Notes under the pieces: model-generated | Seen by the model: the letters and a program-made list of their open reading frames with translations, nothing else | Database searches by the model: none | What the model was told of the DNA's origin: nothing | Position numbers and translations under genes: made by a program | Origin: Candidatus Nomurabacteria bacterium | GTDB lineage: Bacteria; Patescibacteriota; Minisyncoccia; Phycocordibacterales; UBA9973 | Assembly (NCBI GenBank): GCA_043758875.1 | Contig: JAYVMR010000020.1 | Coordinates: 1-62,752 of the forward strand | Length of the DNA stretch: 62,752 nucleotides | Direction of reading: 5' to 3' | Shown here: positions 33,699 through 41,441 of the stretch, one piece after another | Layout of the letters: every line of letters starts with the position of its first letter | How positions within the stretch are numbered: position 1 is the stretch's first letter

Positions 33699-35606
33699 AT
33701 GACCATCCCTTATGATCCCGAATACATCACGTACTTCGCGGAGACTGATTACCGCAATCAGCGCACGCGCTTCGGCATCAAAAGCCGTGATCGTACGCGC
33801 CACATGTATGTCATCGGTAAGTCCGGTGTCGGTAAGTCCACACTCTTGGAAAACATGGCCATTCAGGATATTGCTCGTGGCGAAGGCTTGGCAGTGCTGG
33901 ATCCTCACGGCAGTTTCGCGGAAAAAATGCTCGATTATATCCCTGAGCATCGTATCAAGGACGTGATCTATTTCGCGCCGTTCGATACCGAATACCCGAT
34001 CTCTTTCAATGTCATGGAAGATGTCGGTGCCGACAAGCGCCACTTCGTCGCGTCTGGTCTGATGAGCACGTTCAAGAAGATCTGGGTGGATGCCTGGAGT
34101 GCCCGCATGGAATACATTCTGAATAATATCCTGTTGGCATTGCTTGAATACCCCGATGCGACGTTGTTGGGCGTCAACCGCATGCTTTCCGACAAGGCCT
34201 TTCGCGACAAAGTAGTATCCAAAATCACCGACCCGGGCGTCAAGGCCTTTTGGAGCGAAGAGTTTGCCAAATATGGCGACCGCTACATGCAAGAAGCCGG
34301 TGCCGCCATTCAGAACAAGATCGGTCAGTTCACCGCCAATCCGCTCATCCGCAATATCATCGGCCAGCCCAAGTCCAGTTTCGATATTCGCGAAGCCATG
34401 GACAACCAAAAGATCTTGATCGTGAACCTGTCCAAGGGGCGTATCGGCGAACAGAATACCGCATTGCTGGGCAGTATGATCATTACCAAGATTTATCTGG
34501 CGGCCATGAGTCGCGCCGATGCCAGTCCCGCTCGTTTGGCCGAATTGCCCAACTTCTATTTCTACGTCGACGAATTCCAATCCTTCGCCAATGAATCTTT
34601 CGCCAATATTTTGTCCGAGGCCCGAAAATATAAGTTAGGACTCATCATTGCCCACCAGTACGTGGCGCAAATGGAAGAATCGGTGCGTGACGCCGTCTTT
34701 GGTAACGTCGGTACCAGTATCAGTTTCCGTGTCGGTCCGCTGGACGGGGAATTGATGGAAAAAGTCTTCGCGCCGCAATTTACGGCCAATGACCTGATCA
34801 ATCTCGGCATGGCACAGATTTATCTGTCACTGCTCATCAACGATATGGGCTCATCGCCGTTCTCCGCCCGCACTTTGCCTCCTTTGCCGCATCCGACTCT
34901 TACGTATCGCAACGATGTCATCGAGATTTCCCGTACCGTTCATGCCGCGCCCAAAGAGCAAGTTGAAAAAAGCATTCTGGAATGGTTCGGCAAGGATACT
35001 GCGCCGACCGACGGGGGAGAAAGGCCGCAACGCAAATTTGAACCTCGCCCGGCCGTGCAACGCTCTGTGCAATCTTATCCTCAATCTCAAACCCAGCCTC
35101 AGTCATTCGCAAAACCGGCTCCTACCAGTCATACGCCCTTTAAGAAAGCCTTTACCGCCACTCCGCCGGCCGTGCAATTGCCGGAACTATCCGCCGGCCC
35201 GGCGCGAGTATTTCGCCCTATCAGCAAAGACGTTGCCCAGGTCAAAAAACCTACCCCGACCATTGTCATTCAAAACAATACCCAGCAAAATACCGTCATA
35301 CAAAATACCACTGTCTCTCCCTCACTCACGGAGTTATTGGCTTCCATCGATGGAACAAAACCCGCGGCCTCTTCATCTCCCGCTGTCGGCACCCCTTTTA
35401 CCGGAGAAAAGCCTTTACGAGAAAATATCCCTCCAGTGAAATTGACCGAGCGCGGTCCGACAGAAAAAAACCGTGACCTTTTGAAAGCGGCTTTGCAAGG
35501 TGCCGTGAGTGCTGTGCCCGCTCCTACTCCTGCACCTGTTACTACTGCAGTAACTACTCAGCCAGAAGAAATTCCGTACCAAACGTTACAAAAAATATTA
35601 GAATAA
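33699..35606 (+). CDS. VirD4/TraG/HerA-like P-loop NTPase (T4SS coupling-protein-like) with disordered Pro/Gln-rich tail
   Basis: MYVIGKSGVGKSTLL (Walker A), FYFYVDEFQSF (Walker B), LGLIIAHQYVAQ; no N-terminal TM segment. Confidence 0.72.
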   Translation: MTIPYDPEYITYFAETDYRNQRTRFGIKSRDRTRHMYVIGKSGVGKSTLLENMAIQDIARGEGLAVLDPHGSFAEKMLDYIPEHRIKDVIYFAPFDTEYPISFNVMEDVGADKRHFVASGLMSTFKKIWVDAWSARMEYILNNILLALLEYPDATLLGVNRMLSDKAFRDKVVSKITDPGVKAFWSEEFAKYGDRYMQEAGAAIQNKIGQFTANPLIRNIIGQPKSSFDIREAMDNQKILIVNLSKGRIGEQNTALLGSMIITKIYLAAMSRADASPARLAELPNFYFYVDEFQSFANESFANILSEARKYKLGLIIAHQYVAQMEESVRDAVFGNVGTSISFRVGPLDGELMEKVFAPQFTANDLINLGMAQIYLSLLINDMGSSPFSARTLPPLPHPTLTYRNDVIEISRTVHAAPKEQVEKSILEWFGKDTAPTDGGERPQRKFEPRPAVQRSVQSYPQSQTQPQSFAKPAPTSHTPFKKAFTATPPAVQLPELSAGPARVFRPISKDVAQVKKPTPTIVIQNNTQQNTVIQNTTVSPSLTELLASIDGTKPAASSSPAVGTPFTGEKPLRENIPPVKLTERGPTEKNRDLLKAALQGAVSAVPAPTPAPVTTAVTTQPEEIPYQTLQKILE

Positions 35607-35623
35607 AATAACTAGAGTAAAAT

Positions 35624-36877
35624 ATGAAATACTTTTTACCGCTCTTTTTTGGCGTCTTGTTTTTGCCATTGATCGCTTTTGCCGATGTGAAAATCAATGA
35701 AGTGGCTTGGATGGGAACCACTACGAGCAAATACAGCGAATGGATCGAACTTTATAATGACAGCGACACCGCAGTATCGCTGGCCGGATGGAAATTATAT
35801 AAGACCGGGGACAAGACGCTCTTCACGCTCAGTAAAAGCATTGCCGCCAAGGGGTATTTGCTGGTACAGCGCACTACCGCCAAAACGGCCGGCGCTTTTC
35901 CCGATATCAACGATGAGGCCGGCAAGTTTGGATCGGGGGGATTGAACAATGCCGGTGAAGACCTGACCTTAAAAGATGATCATGACACCGTCATCGACAC
36001 GCTGGCATTTGCCAGTGGGTGGCCGGCCGGAAATGCCCACAGCAAAGACACTATGCAATGGAACGGGCAACAGTGGATCACTGCCCCTGGTACTCCCGAT
36101 GCCGCAAACGCGACCGTGGACCAAGGCATACCAAGCGCTCGACAATCTGCGTCTGTCGCCGCCGTTGTAACTAAAAAAACCGTTACTAAAAAAGCTGCCA
36201 CCGCCAAAGCAACAAAAACTGCTGCCAAAATAAAATCGGCGCTCACTGTCACGGCCGCTAAAGATGTTTTTCAAGGAGTGCGCAATGAATACAGCGCATC
36301 GGTTACATTGCCTGATGAATTAAAAACAGCGCAAGGATATTTCTATTGGAATATGGGAGACGGCACGACGTATACCCAGAGCACCCTGTCGCCACTGAGT
36401 TACACCTATCGGTATGCCGGTACGTACACGGCCAGCCTTTCTTATTTTTCTGCTCCCGCTGCTTCTCAGCCGGCTTTGCAAGATACTGCCACCGTGACGG
36501 TACGAGTTCCGGCAGTGACCCTGGAAACCATATCCAATGGTGCGGCGCTGCAAATGACTAACGATACTTCCACTGCCATGGATATCGGTCAATGGCCCAT
36601 TGTCACCACGCAGGGGATCCGCGCTATGCCGTTATTGACTATTATTTCTCCCGAATCTCACATCACGGTTACCGCGCAATCATTGGGGTTGCTAGCGATA
36701 CAACATCCGGTGTTGAGTACTCCGGATGGAACGATCGTGCCCTCATCGCCCATTAAGAAAACCACCGTTAAGGCTAAGAAAAAAACTAAAGCCAAAGCCA
36801 AGACCAAGACTGCTAAAAAGAAGAAGTCTAAAACAAAGAAGAAACAGGCCCTTCGACAAGCTCAGGGCCAAAAATAA
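35624..36877 (+). CDS. Secreted lamin-tail-domain (LTD) protein with PKD-like domain and Lys-rich tail
   Basis: Signal peptide; VKINEVAWMG...SEWIELYNDSDTAVSLAGWKLY (LTD); YFYWNMGDGTTY (PKD-like); C-terminal KKTTVKAKKKTKAKAKTKTAKKKKSKTKKK. Confidence 0.8.
   Translation: MKYFLPLFFGVLFLPLIAFADVKINEVAWMGTTTSKYSEWIELYNDSDTAVSLAGWKLYKTGDKTLFTLSKSIAAKGYLLVQRTTAKTAGAFPDINDEAGKFGSGGLNNAGEDLTLKDDHDTVIDTLAFASGWPAGNAHSKDTMQWNGQQWITAPGTPDAANATVDQGIPSARQSASVAAVVTKKTVTKKAATAKATKTAAKIKSALTVTAAKDVFQGVRNEYSASVTLPDELKTAQGYFYWNMGDGTTYTQSTLSPLSYTYRYAGTYTASLSYFSAPAASQPALQDTATVTVRVPAVTLETISNGAALQMTNDTSTAMDIGQWPIVTTQGIRAMPLLTIISPESHITVTAQSLGLLAIQHPVLSTPDGTIVPSSPIKKTTVKAKKKTKAKAKTKTAKKKKSKTKKKQALRQAQGQK
36848..36868 (+). 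repeat. Dispersed palindromic element, copy 3 (last codons of the LTD gene)
   Basis: gcccttcgacaagctcagggc, translated ALRQAQG in a different frame from copies 1 and 2. Confidence 0.65.
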
Positions 36878-36916
36878 AACGTCACCCGTTATACGGGTGA
36901 CGTTTTATTTTTGGCC
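36866..36916. terminator. Long bidirectional terminator (23-bp stem)
   Basis: ggccaaaaataaaacgtcacccg-ttata-cgggtgacgttttatttttggcc; covers the LTD stop codon. Confidence 0.8.
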
Positions 36917-36937
36917 TTGTCTTACTCCTCGTGCTTT

Positions 36938-37720
36938 TTATGGCACAGAAGGAGTAACAGGTTTTACAGATAGAGTTTGAGTGCTTGCGATAGGAGGGGA
37001 CTGCAAGGCGGCAGTGGCACTGTCGGGAACGGTACTCACGGCTTTATTGATGCTTTCGATCTCATTGGAAATGATTTTGATCTCTTGATCGGAGACTTTT
37101 AACAACGTCGCATTCACTGTTTCAAGCGCGCTGGCCTTGCTGCTGGTGGCTTCAGGAGTGGTAGCGGGCGTGTTTTCCAGCGTGGCCTTGTTAGCCTTCA
37201 ATGTCTGTGTCAGAGAAGCGGTGACCGTCAAGGCGGTGGAGGGTGACTGGTTACTGAGAGTATTTAAATTGGCTGAGAGATCTGCTACTTGATTGCTCAG
37301 GGCCTTGGCGGCGATTTCTTGTTTGGCTGGAGTGAGCGAGTTGGAGCTTGCCAAGGTTTGGATTTCGCCGACACGATCCTTGATACGGGTTTCTTTAAAC
37401 GCCAGTTGTGTTGCCGGATCAGTACCAACGATCAACCCTTTGACTTTTTCATTGACATTGAGTTTGAATGAATAGAGCGGGTCGCCAGGCAGCGCGTTGC
37501 TTGCCACTGCAGAGACACTGCCGGCGATAAAGACAATGAACATCATGCTGGAAAGGGCGATGCGAAGGCCGTGCTGCACGCCGCGCTTGAAAAATGAATC
37601 GGTCACCAATACGGGAGTCGCCATCACGATACGTGCGGCATGCGCGCGTATCAAATTGCGCTCCTCATCGGTGAGAGTGACAGCCTTCAGTTCTTTTAAT
37701 GTGTTTAATTGGTTTTCCAT
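36938..37720 (-). CDS. Membrane protein, DUF5667-like putative anti-sigma partner
   Basis: One TM segment; LPGDPLYSFKLNVNEKVKG pattern; 16-nt overlap with the upstream sigma gene. Confidence 0.62.
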   Translation of the reverse strand: MENQLNTLKELKAVTLTDEERNLIRAHAARIVMATPVLVTDSFFKRGVQHGLRIALSSMMFIVFIAGSVSAVASNALPGDPLYSFKLNVNEKVKGLIVGTDPATQLAFKETRIKDRVGEIQTLASSNSLTPAKQEIAAKALSNQVADLSANLNTLSNQSPSTALTVTASLTQTLKANKATLENTPATTPEATSSKASALETVNATLLKVSDQEIKIISNEIESINKAVSTVPDSATAALQSPPIASTQTLSVKPVTPSVP

Positions 37721-38262
37721 TTGTTTTCTCCTTGTTGCATCTTTTCTTTTTCATCAAAATGATTGCGTAATTTTTTGACAATGCGATGAATGCGCACAGT
37801 CATGGCATTGACGCTTTTGCCGTAGAGCGCAGCGATTTCCTCGATCGGTTTTTCCTCGGTAAAGCGCAAAAAGATGATCTGCTTGCTTTCCTCGTCCAAC
37901 AGCTCAAGCAGTGCACGCACTGTTTCTCTATCGTCTCCGCGGAAGACCTCGTCGACCGTTTTATTGCTGCCGGGATCAAATCCGGCTTCCATTAACGTGT
38001 CCAGAGAAGCGGACTTTGATTTTTTAAAATAATCGATGACCGCATTGCGGGCGATACGATATAGAAACGCCTCATTGTGTTCGATTGTTTTTCCTGAGGC
38101 CAGGTACAGCCAGGTCTTGGTAAAGGTGTCTTGGGTGATATCAAGCGCCACCGCCCGGTTCGTTACCCGAAAGTAAATAAATCGGAAAATAGCGTCTTGA
38201 TGAGCCTCTACCAGGTCAAAAAAGTGCTGTTCCTTATCTTTAGACGAGTCATTACGCTCCAT
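37705..38262 (-). CDS. ECF-type sigma-70 family RNA polymerase sigma factor
   Basis: Region 2 (FRFIYFRVTNRAVALDITQDTFTKTW) and region 4 (IIFLRFTEEKPIEEIAALYGKSVNAMTVRIHR); start at MERNDSS. Confidence 0.85.
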   Translation of the reverse strand: MERNDSSKDKEQHFFDLVEAHQDAIFRFIYFRVTNRAVALDITQDTFTKTWLYLASGKTIEHNEAFLYRIARNAVIDYFKKSKSASLDTLMEAGFDPGSNKTVDEVFRGDDRETVRALLELLDEESKQIIFLRFTEEKPIEEIAALYGKSVNAMTVRIHRIVKKLRNHFDEKEKMQQGENKWKTN

Positions 38263-38268
38263 ATTACA

Positions 38269-38274
38269 AGTATA
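38269..38274 (-). promoter_or_regulatory. -10 box (TATACT) ending 6 nt before the sigma-factor ATG
   Basis: The minus strand reads tatact-tgtaat-ATG. Confidence 0.5.
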
Positions 38275-38301
38275 CACACAATAGGGCTTTGGGGCACTTT
38301 T

Positions 38302-38310
38302 TGTTATACT
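38302..38310 (+). promoter_or_regulatory. Extended -10 (TGtTATACT) ending 6 nt before ATG 38317
   Basis: tgttatact-ggcggc-ATG. Confidence 0.6.
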
Positions 38311-38316
38311 GGCGGC

Positions 38317-39522
38317 ATGAATACCGCTCCAGAACGTCAAAAAATCGTCATTGTCGGGGGAGGATTTGCCGGCATCGAAACTGCCCGACTATTGGCAAAA
38401 AAGCACCTGGCGATTGATATCACCCTGGTCTCCAATAATTCGGATTTTCACTATTATCCCAACCTCTATCGTTTGGTAGTGGGGGCATCGGTCCATCAAG
38501 CCGCGGTCGCGGTCAATGAGATTTTGCCATCGAGTGTGACCGTTATTATTGATACCTACACCGGCATTGATCAGGCGGCCCATACGATCACATTGCAAAG
38601 CGACAAGACAGTACCGTATGATTTTTTAGTCATGGCATTGGGCAGCGAGCCGAATTATTTCGGCATCGATGGCTTGGCGGCACATTCAAAAAGCTTTCTG
38701 TCAGTTGAAAAAGCATTGGCATTGAAAAATTATTATTCCGACTTGATCACAGCATGCAGAACAATACCTGAGGAAGAAGCGCGCATGTCTCTCCATACTA
38801 TTATTGTCGGCGCCGGTCCGGCCGGAGTAGAACTTGCCGGTGTCTTGCGGCCTTATTTGGTACAACAAGCAAAAGTGAACGGTATTAACGCTGACATGGT
38901 CACCGTAGACTTGCTTGATTCTTCTCCTCGCCTGTTGCCAATGCTGCCGGCTCGAGCATCGGCCAAGGTGCAAAAACAATTACAGAAAAAAGGAGTAACC
39001 TTTTATGCCAATCACGGAGTCAGTGCTTGTGACGAACATTGCGTGACCGTCGTTGATAAAAATATCACCCCTGAAGTAAAGAAAGAATTGCATGCCGGCA
39101 CCGTCATTTGGACGGCCGGCACGAAGATCAGCAGTGCGTTTGCCACTATTCCCGGTGTGGAAATGACCGAACGCAAACGAGTGACGGTCACTCCCAACCT
39201 TACCTTGCCTCAGGATGACAAAATATATATTGCCGGAGATGGCTCCGGCACGCCCTTTAGCGGCTTGGCACAGACTGCCATTGATCAAGGCGCCTACATT
39301 GCGCAAGCCATCGCCTATCGCGTGCAAAACAAATTGATCGCGCCGTACGAACCGAAACAAGGCGTGTTTGTTATTCCTGTTGGGAAGTATTGGGCTATTT
39401 TCAATTATAAAGATTTTGTGATGAGTGGACATGCGGCCTACTTCCTGCGCATTATGATCGATGTGCGGTATTTCCTGCGCACCGCTTCCATTGCGCACGT
39501 ATTTAAAATGCTTAGAAAATAA
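38317..39522 (+). CDS. ndh: Type II NADH dehydrogenase-like FAD/NAD(P)-dependent oxidoreductase
   Basis: KIVIVGGGFAGIE and IIVGAGPAGVELAG dinucleotide folds; IYIAGDG; start at MNTAPERQ. Confidence 0.82.
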   Translation: MNTAPERQKIVIVGGGFAGIETARLLAKKHLAIDITLVSNNSDFHYYPNLYRLVVGASVHQAAVAVNEILPSSVTVIIDTYTGIDQAAHTITLQSDKTVPYDFLVMALGSEPNYFGIDGLAAHSKSFLSVEKALALKNYYSDLITACRTIPEEEARMSLHTIIVGAGPAGVELAGVLRPYLVQQAKVNGINADMVTVDLLDSSPRLLPMLPARASAKVQKQLQKKGVTFYANHGVSACDEHCVTVVDKNITPEVKKELHAGTVIWTAGTKISSAFATIPGVEMTERKRVTVTPNLTLPQDDKIYIAGDGSGTPFSGLAQTAIDQGAYIAQAIAYRVQNKLIAPYEPKQGVFVIPVGKYWAIFNYKDFVMSGHAAYFLRIMIDVRYFLRTASIAHVFKMLRK

Positions 39523-39524
39523 TA

Positions 39525-40295
39525 ATGAAATCAGAAACACACACAGACTGGGACAACGTGGCGCATTGGTACGATAATTACCTGATAGGAGAAGACACCT
39601 ATCAATCGGTTGTTATTGCTCCCAATGTATTGCGATTGATCGCTCCGCAAAAAGGCCAGCGTATCCTTGATGTGGCCTGCGGACAAGGATACTTCGCGCA
39701 TCTCTGTGCCGAAAAAGGCGCTGAAGTGGTTGGTATCGATCAATCCTCGGTCTTGATTGAAAAAGCTAAAAAAGCCGCTAAAGGAAATGAATTGTACATT
39801 GTGGGAAATGCGGAAACATTGGACGCATACAAGCTTGAAATATTCGATACTGTTTTTTCTGTATTGGCATTGGAAAATATTAAGAACATCTCGGCGGTTA
39901 TGGAGGGGATAGGGCAGGTGGTGAAAAAGGACGGCACGGTGGTGTTGGTATTGCTTCATCCGGCCTTTCGCATCCCGCAACATGCCGACTGGGGGTACGA
40001 TAGCAAGAAAACAGTGCAGTATCGCAAGGTAGAAAAATATCTATCTGAAATTACTATTCCGATAGAGTTTGCGCCATTCAAGGGTACAGGGGCCAGCAAG
40101 AAGATCAGCACCGTGACTTTTCACCGCTCATTGCAATGGTACATGAAGATGTTCCGTAATAACGGCTTTGTTATTTCCAATATAGAAGAATGGATTTCTC
40201 ATAAAAAATCCGAAGCCGGCCCGCGTCAGCACGCCGAAGACACCGCACGGAAAGAAATACCCATGTTTCTTTGTTTGGAATTGCGAAAACTATAA
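39525..40295 (+). CDS. Class I SAM-dependent methyltransferase
   Basis: RILDVACGQGYF motif I; Rossmann-like layout. Confidence 0.82.
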   Translation: MKSETHTDWDNVAHWYDNYLIGEDTYQSVVIAPNVLRLIAPQKGQRILDVACGQGYFAHLCAEKGAEVVGIDQSSVLIEKAKKAAKGNELYIVGNAETLDAYKLEIFDTVFSVLALENIKNISAVMEGIGQVVKKDGTVVLVLLHPAFRIPQHADWGYDSKKTVQYRKVEKYLSEITIPIEFAPFKGTGASKKISTVTFHRSLQWYMKMFRNNGFVISNIEEWISHKKSEAGPRQHAEDTARKEIPMFLCLELRKL

Positions 40296-40345
40296 AGACT
40301 GACTTCAAGCGCAGAATAAGAGGTTTGTCGTAGTGTTTGTTTTCA

Positions 40346-40408
40346 GGAAAGTGCCAAAAAATTTTTTCCAACCCGGCGGGCTTGTTCAAAAACTTTTTGG
40401 CACTTTCC
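40346..40408 (+). terminator. Twin hairpin A (15-bp stem, 33-nt loop carrying the ccaacccggcgggcttgttca core)
   Basis: ggaaagtgccaaaaa / tttttggcactttcc; 3' of the methyltransferase gene; terminator function not established. Confidence 0.55.
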
Positions 40409-40445
40409 CTTCATCAAACTATCTGTTAAAAATTTTCTGACGAAA

Positions 40446-40509
40446 AGCGCAGAGCGAAATGCTGACTGAACAAGCCCGCCGGGTTGGAAGAAGCATTTCG
40501 CTCTGCGCT
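40446..40509 (-). terminator. Twin hairpin B (17-bp stem, 30-nt loop with the same 21-nt core on the minus strand)
   Basis: agcgcagagcgaaatgc / gcatttcgctctgcgct; 3' of the UDG gene; the loop tgaacaagcccgccgggttgg is the exact reverse complement of the hairpin A core. Confidence 0.55.
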
Positions 40510-40525
40510 GGAAGTCAGCCGAATA

Positions 40526-41092
40526 CTAATCTATTTTTTTTAAAACTTCTGGAATTTTTTGAAAATCATTCAATAAATCTTGACGCAGTCCGCCATTATA
40601 CAAAGCTGCTGCCGGGTGATAGAGGGGTAAAAAATATTCAGTCGGCATGCCCGTAATATGTTTCTTCAAAAGTTTTCCGTGCACAGCAGAAATCTTTTCA
40701 TCCGGGAAGAAATTACTCATAGCATGACGTCCCAGAAAGACGATCAGTTTCGGTTTTATAGCGAGCAGTTCTTCCGTTAACCATGACCGACAAGTTTCTT
40801 TTTCTGCGGGCAAGGGATCGCGATTGTCGGGAGGGCGATACTTCACGACGTTGGTGATGTAAATATCCTCGCGCTTCATATTGATAGACGCCAGCATTTC
40901 GGCCAGGAATTTCCCGGCGGCACCGATAAAAGGACGGCCTTCACTATCTTCTTTTTTTCCTGGAGCTTCGCCAATAAAAACAATATCGGCATCAGGATTA
41001 CCATCACCAGGGACGGCTTGCGTGGCTGTGGCCTTGAGGTCGCAAGTGCAATGATCTCGCCAATATTCATTTATTTCAGCCAATGTTTTCAT
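40526..41092 (-). CDS. Family 4 uracil-DNA glycosylase
   Basis: VFIGEAPGKKEDSEGRPFIGAAGKFL and LYHPAAALY motifs. Confidence 0.9.
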   Translation of the reverse strand: MKTLAEINEYWRDHCTCDLKATATQAVPGDGNPDADIVFIGEAPGKKEDSEGRPFIGAAGKFLAEMLASINMKREDIYITNVVKYRPPDNRDPLPAEKETCRSWLTEELLAIKPKLIVFLGRHAMSNFFPDEKISAVHGKLLKKHITGMPTEYFLPLYHPAAALYNGGLRQDLLNDFQKIPEVLKKID

Positions 41093-41122
41093 GTTCCTTC
41101 CAGTATGGTACCATGACTCTAT

Positions 41123-41440
41123 ATGGGATTTAAATCATTTTTACTAAAAAAGACCTTGCAGATGAAAGGGGTTTCCAGCGACCAAGCGGAACAAATTGCC
41201 AAAGCCATCGAAGACAATCCGGAAATGGCACAGAGCTTGAAGAAACTGGAAGACAATAAGGAAGTCAAAGGCTTGCTGGAAAAGATCCAAAAGGAAATCG
41301 AAGAAAAGAAAAAAGCCGGCATGCCCGAGCAATACGCCGCCGTGCAAGTCATGGGCAAATACAAAAGCGAATTAGCCAAGCACCGCGAAGAACTGGCACC
41401 GTTGATGCAGCTGATGGGCATGGGCGGCATGGGGAGATAA
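41123..41440 (+). CDS. Hypothetical helical protein
   Basis: 105-aa ORF immediately upstream of ychF; Lys/Glu-rich helices and a Met/Gly-rich end. Confidence 0.5.
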   Translation: MGFKSFLLKKTLQMKGVSSDQAEQIAKAIEDNPEMAQSLKKLEDNKEVKGLLEKIQKEIEEKKKAGMPEQYAAVQVMGKYKSELAKHREELAPLMQLMGMGGMGR

Positions 41441-41441
41441 T

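Noticed and set aside
33657-34580. 307-aa minus-strand ORF antisense to the VirD4-like ATPase. Similar long antisense ORFs occur at 18552-18953, 13118-13771, 15619-16197, 47221-47718, 5008-5484, 27589-28071 and 32870-33484.
   Set aside because: They lie fully inside better-supported genes with clear motifs on the other strand. They have skewed, repetitive compositions typical of shadow ORFs in GC-richer DNA, and lack independent start or terminator signals.
33699-35606. The VirD4-like ATPase as a marker of an integrative conjugative element or prophage.
   Set aside because: No relaxase, integrase, VirB4, capsid or terminase genes are present, and there are no att-like flanks in the window. 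Composition looks host-like.
40434-40456. A shared 11-mer, ctgacgaaaag, at 40436-40446 and 48345-48355, each next to a long hairpin, which might indicate a repeat family.
   Set aside because: An 11-nt match is expected hundreds of times by chance in a 62.7-kb window, and the flanking sequences do not align.
40459-40656. A 65-aa plus-strand ORF spanning hairpin B and the UDG 3' end; also 40171-40389 on the minus strand.
   Set aside because: Both are built from hairpin-repeat sequence and overlap well-supported genes, so they are most likely non-coding.
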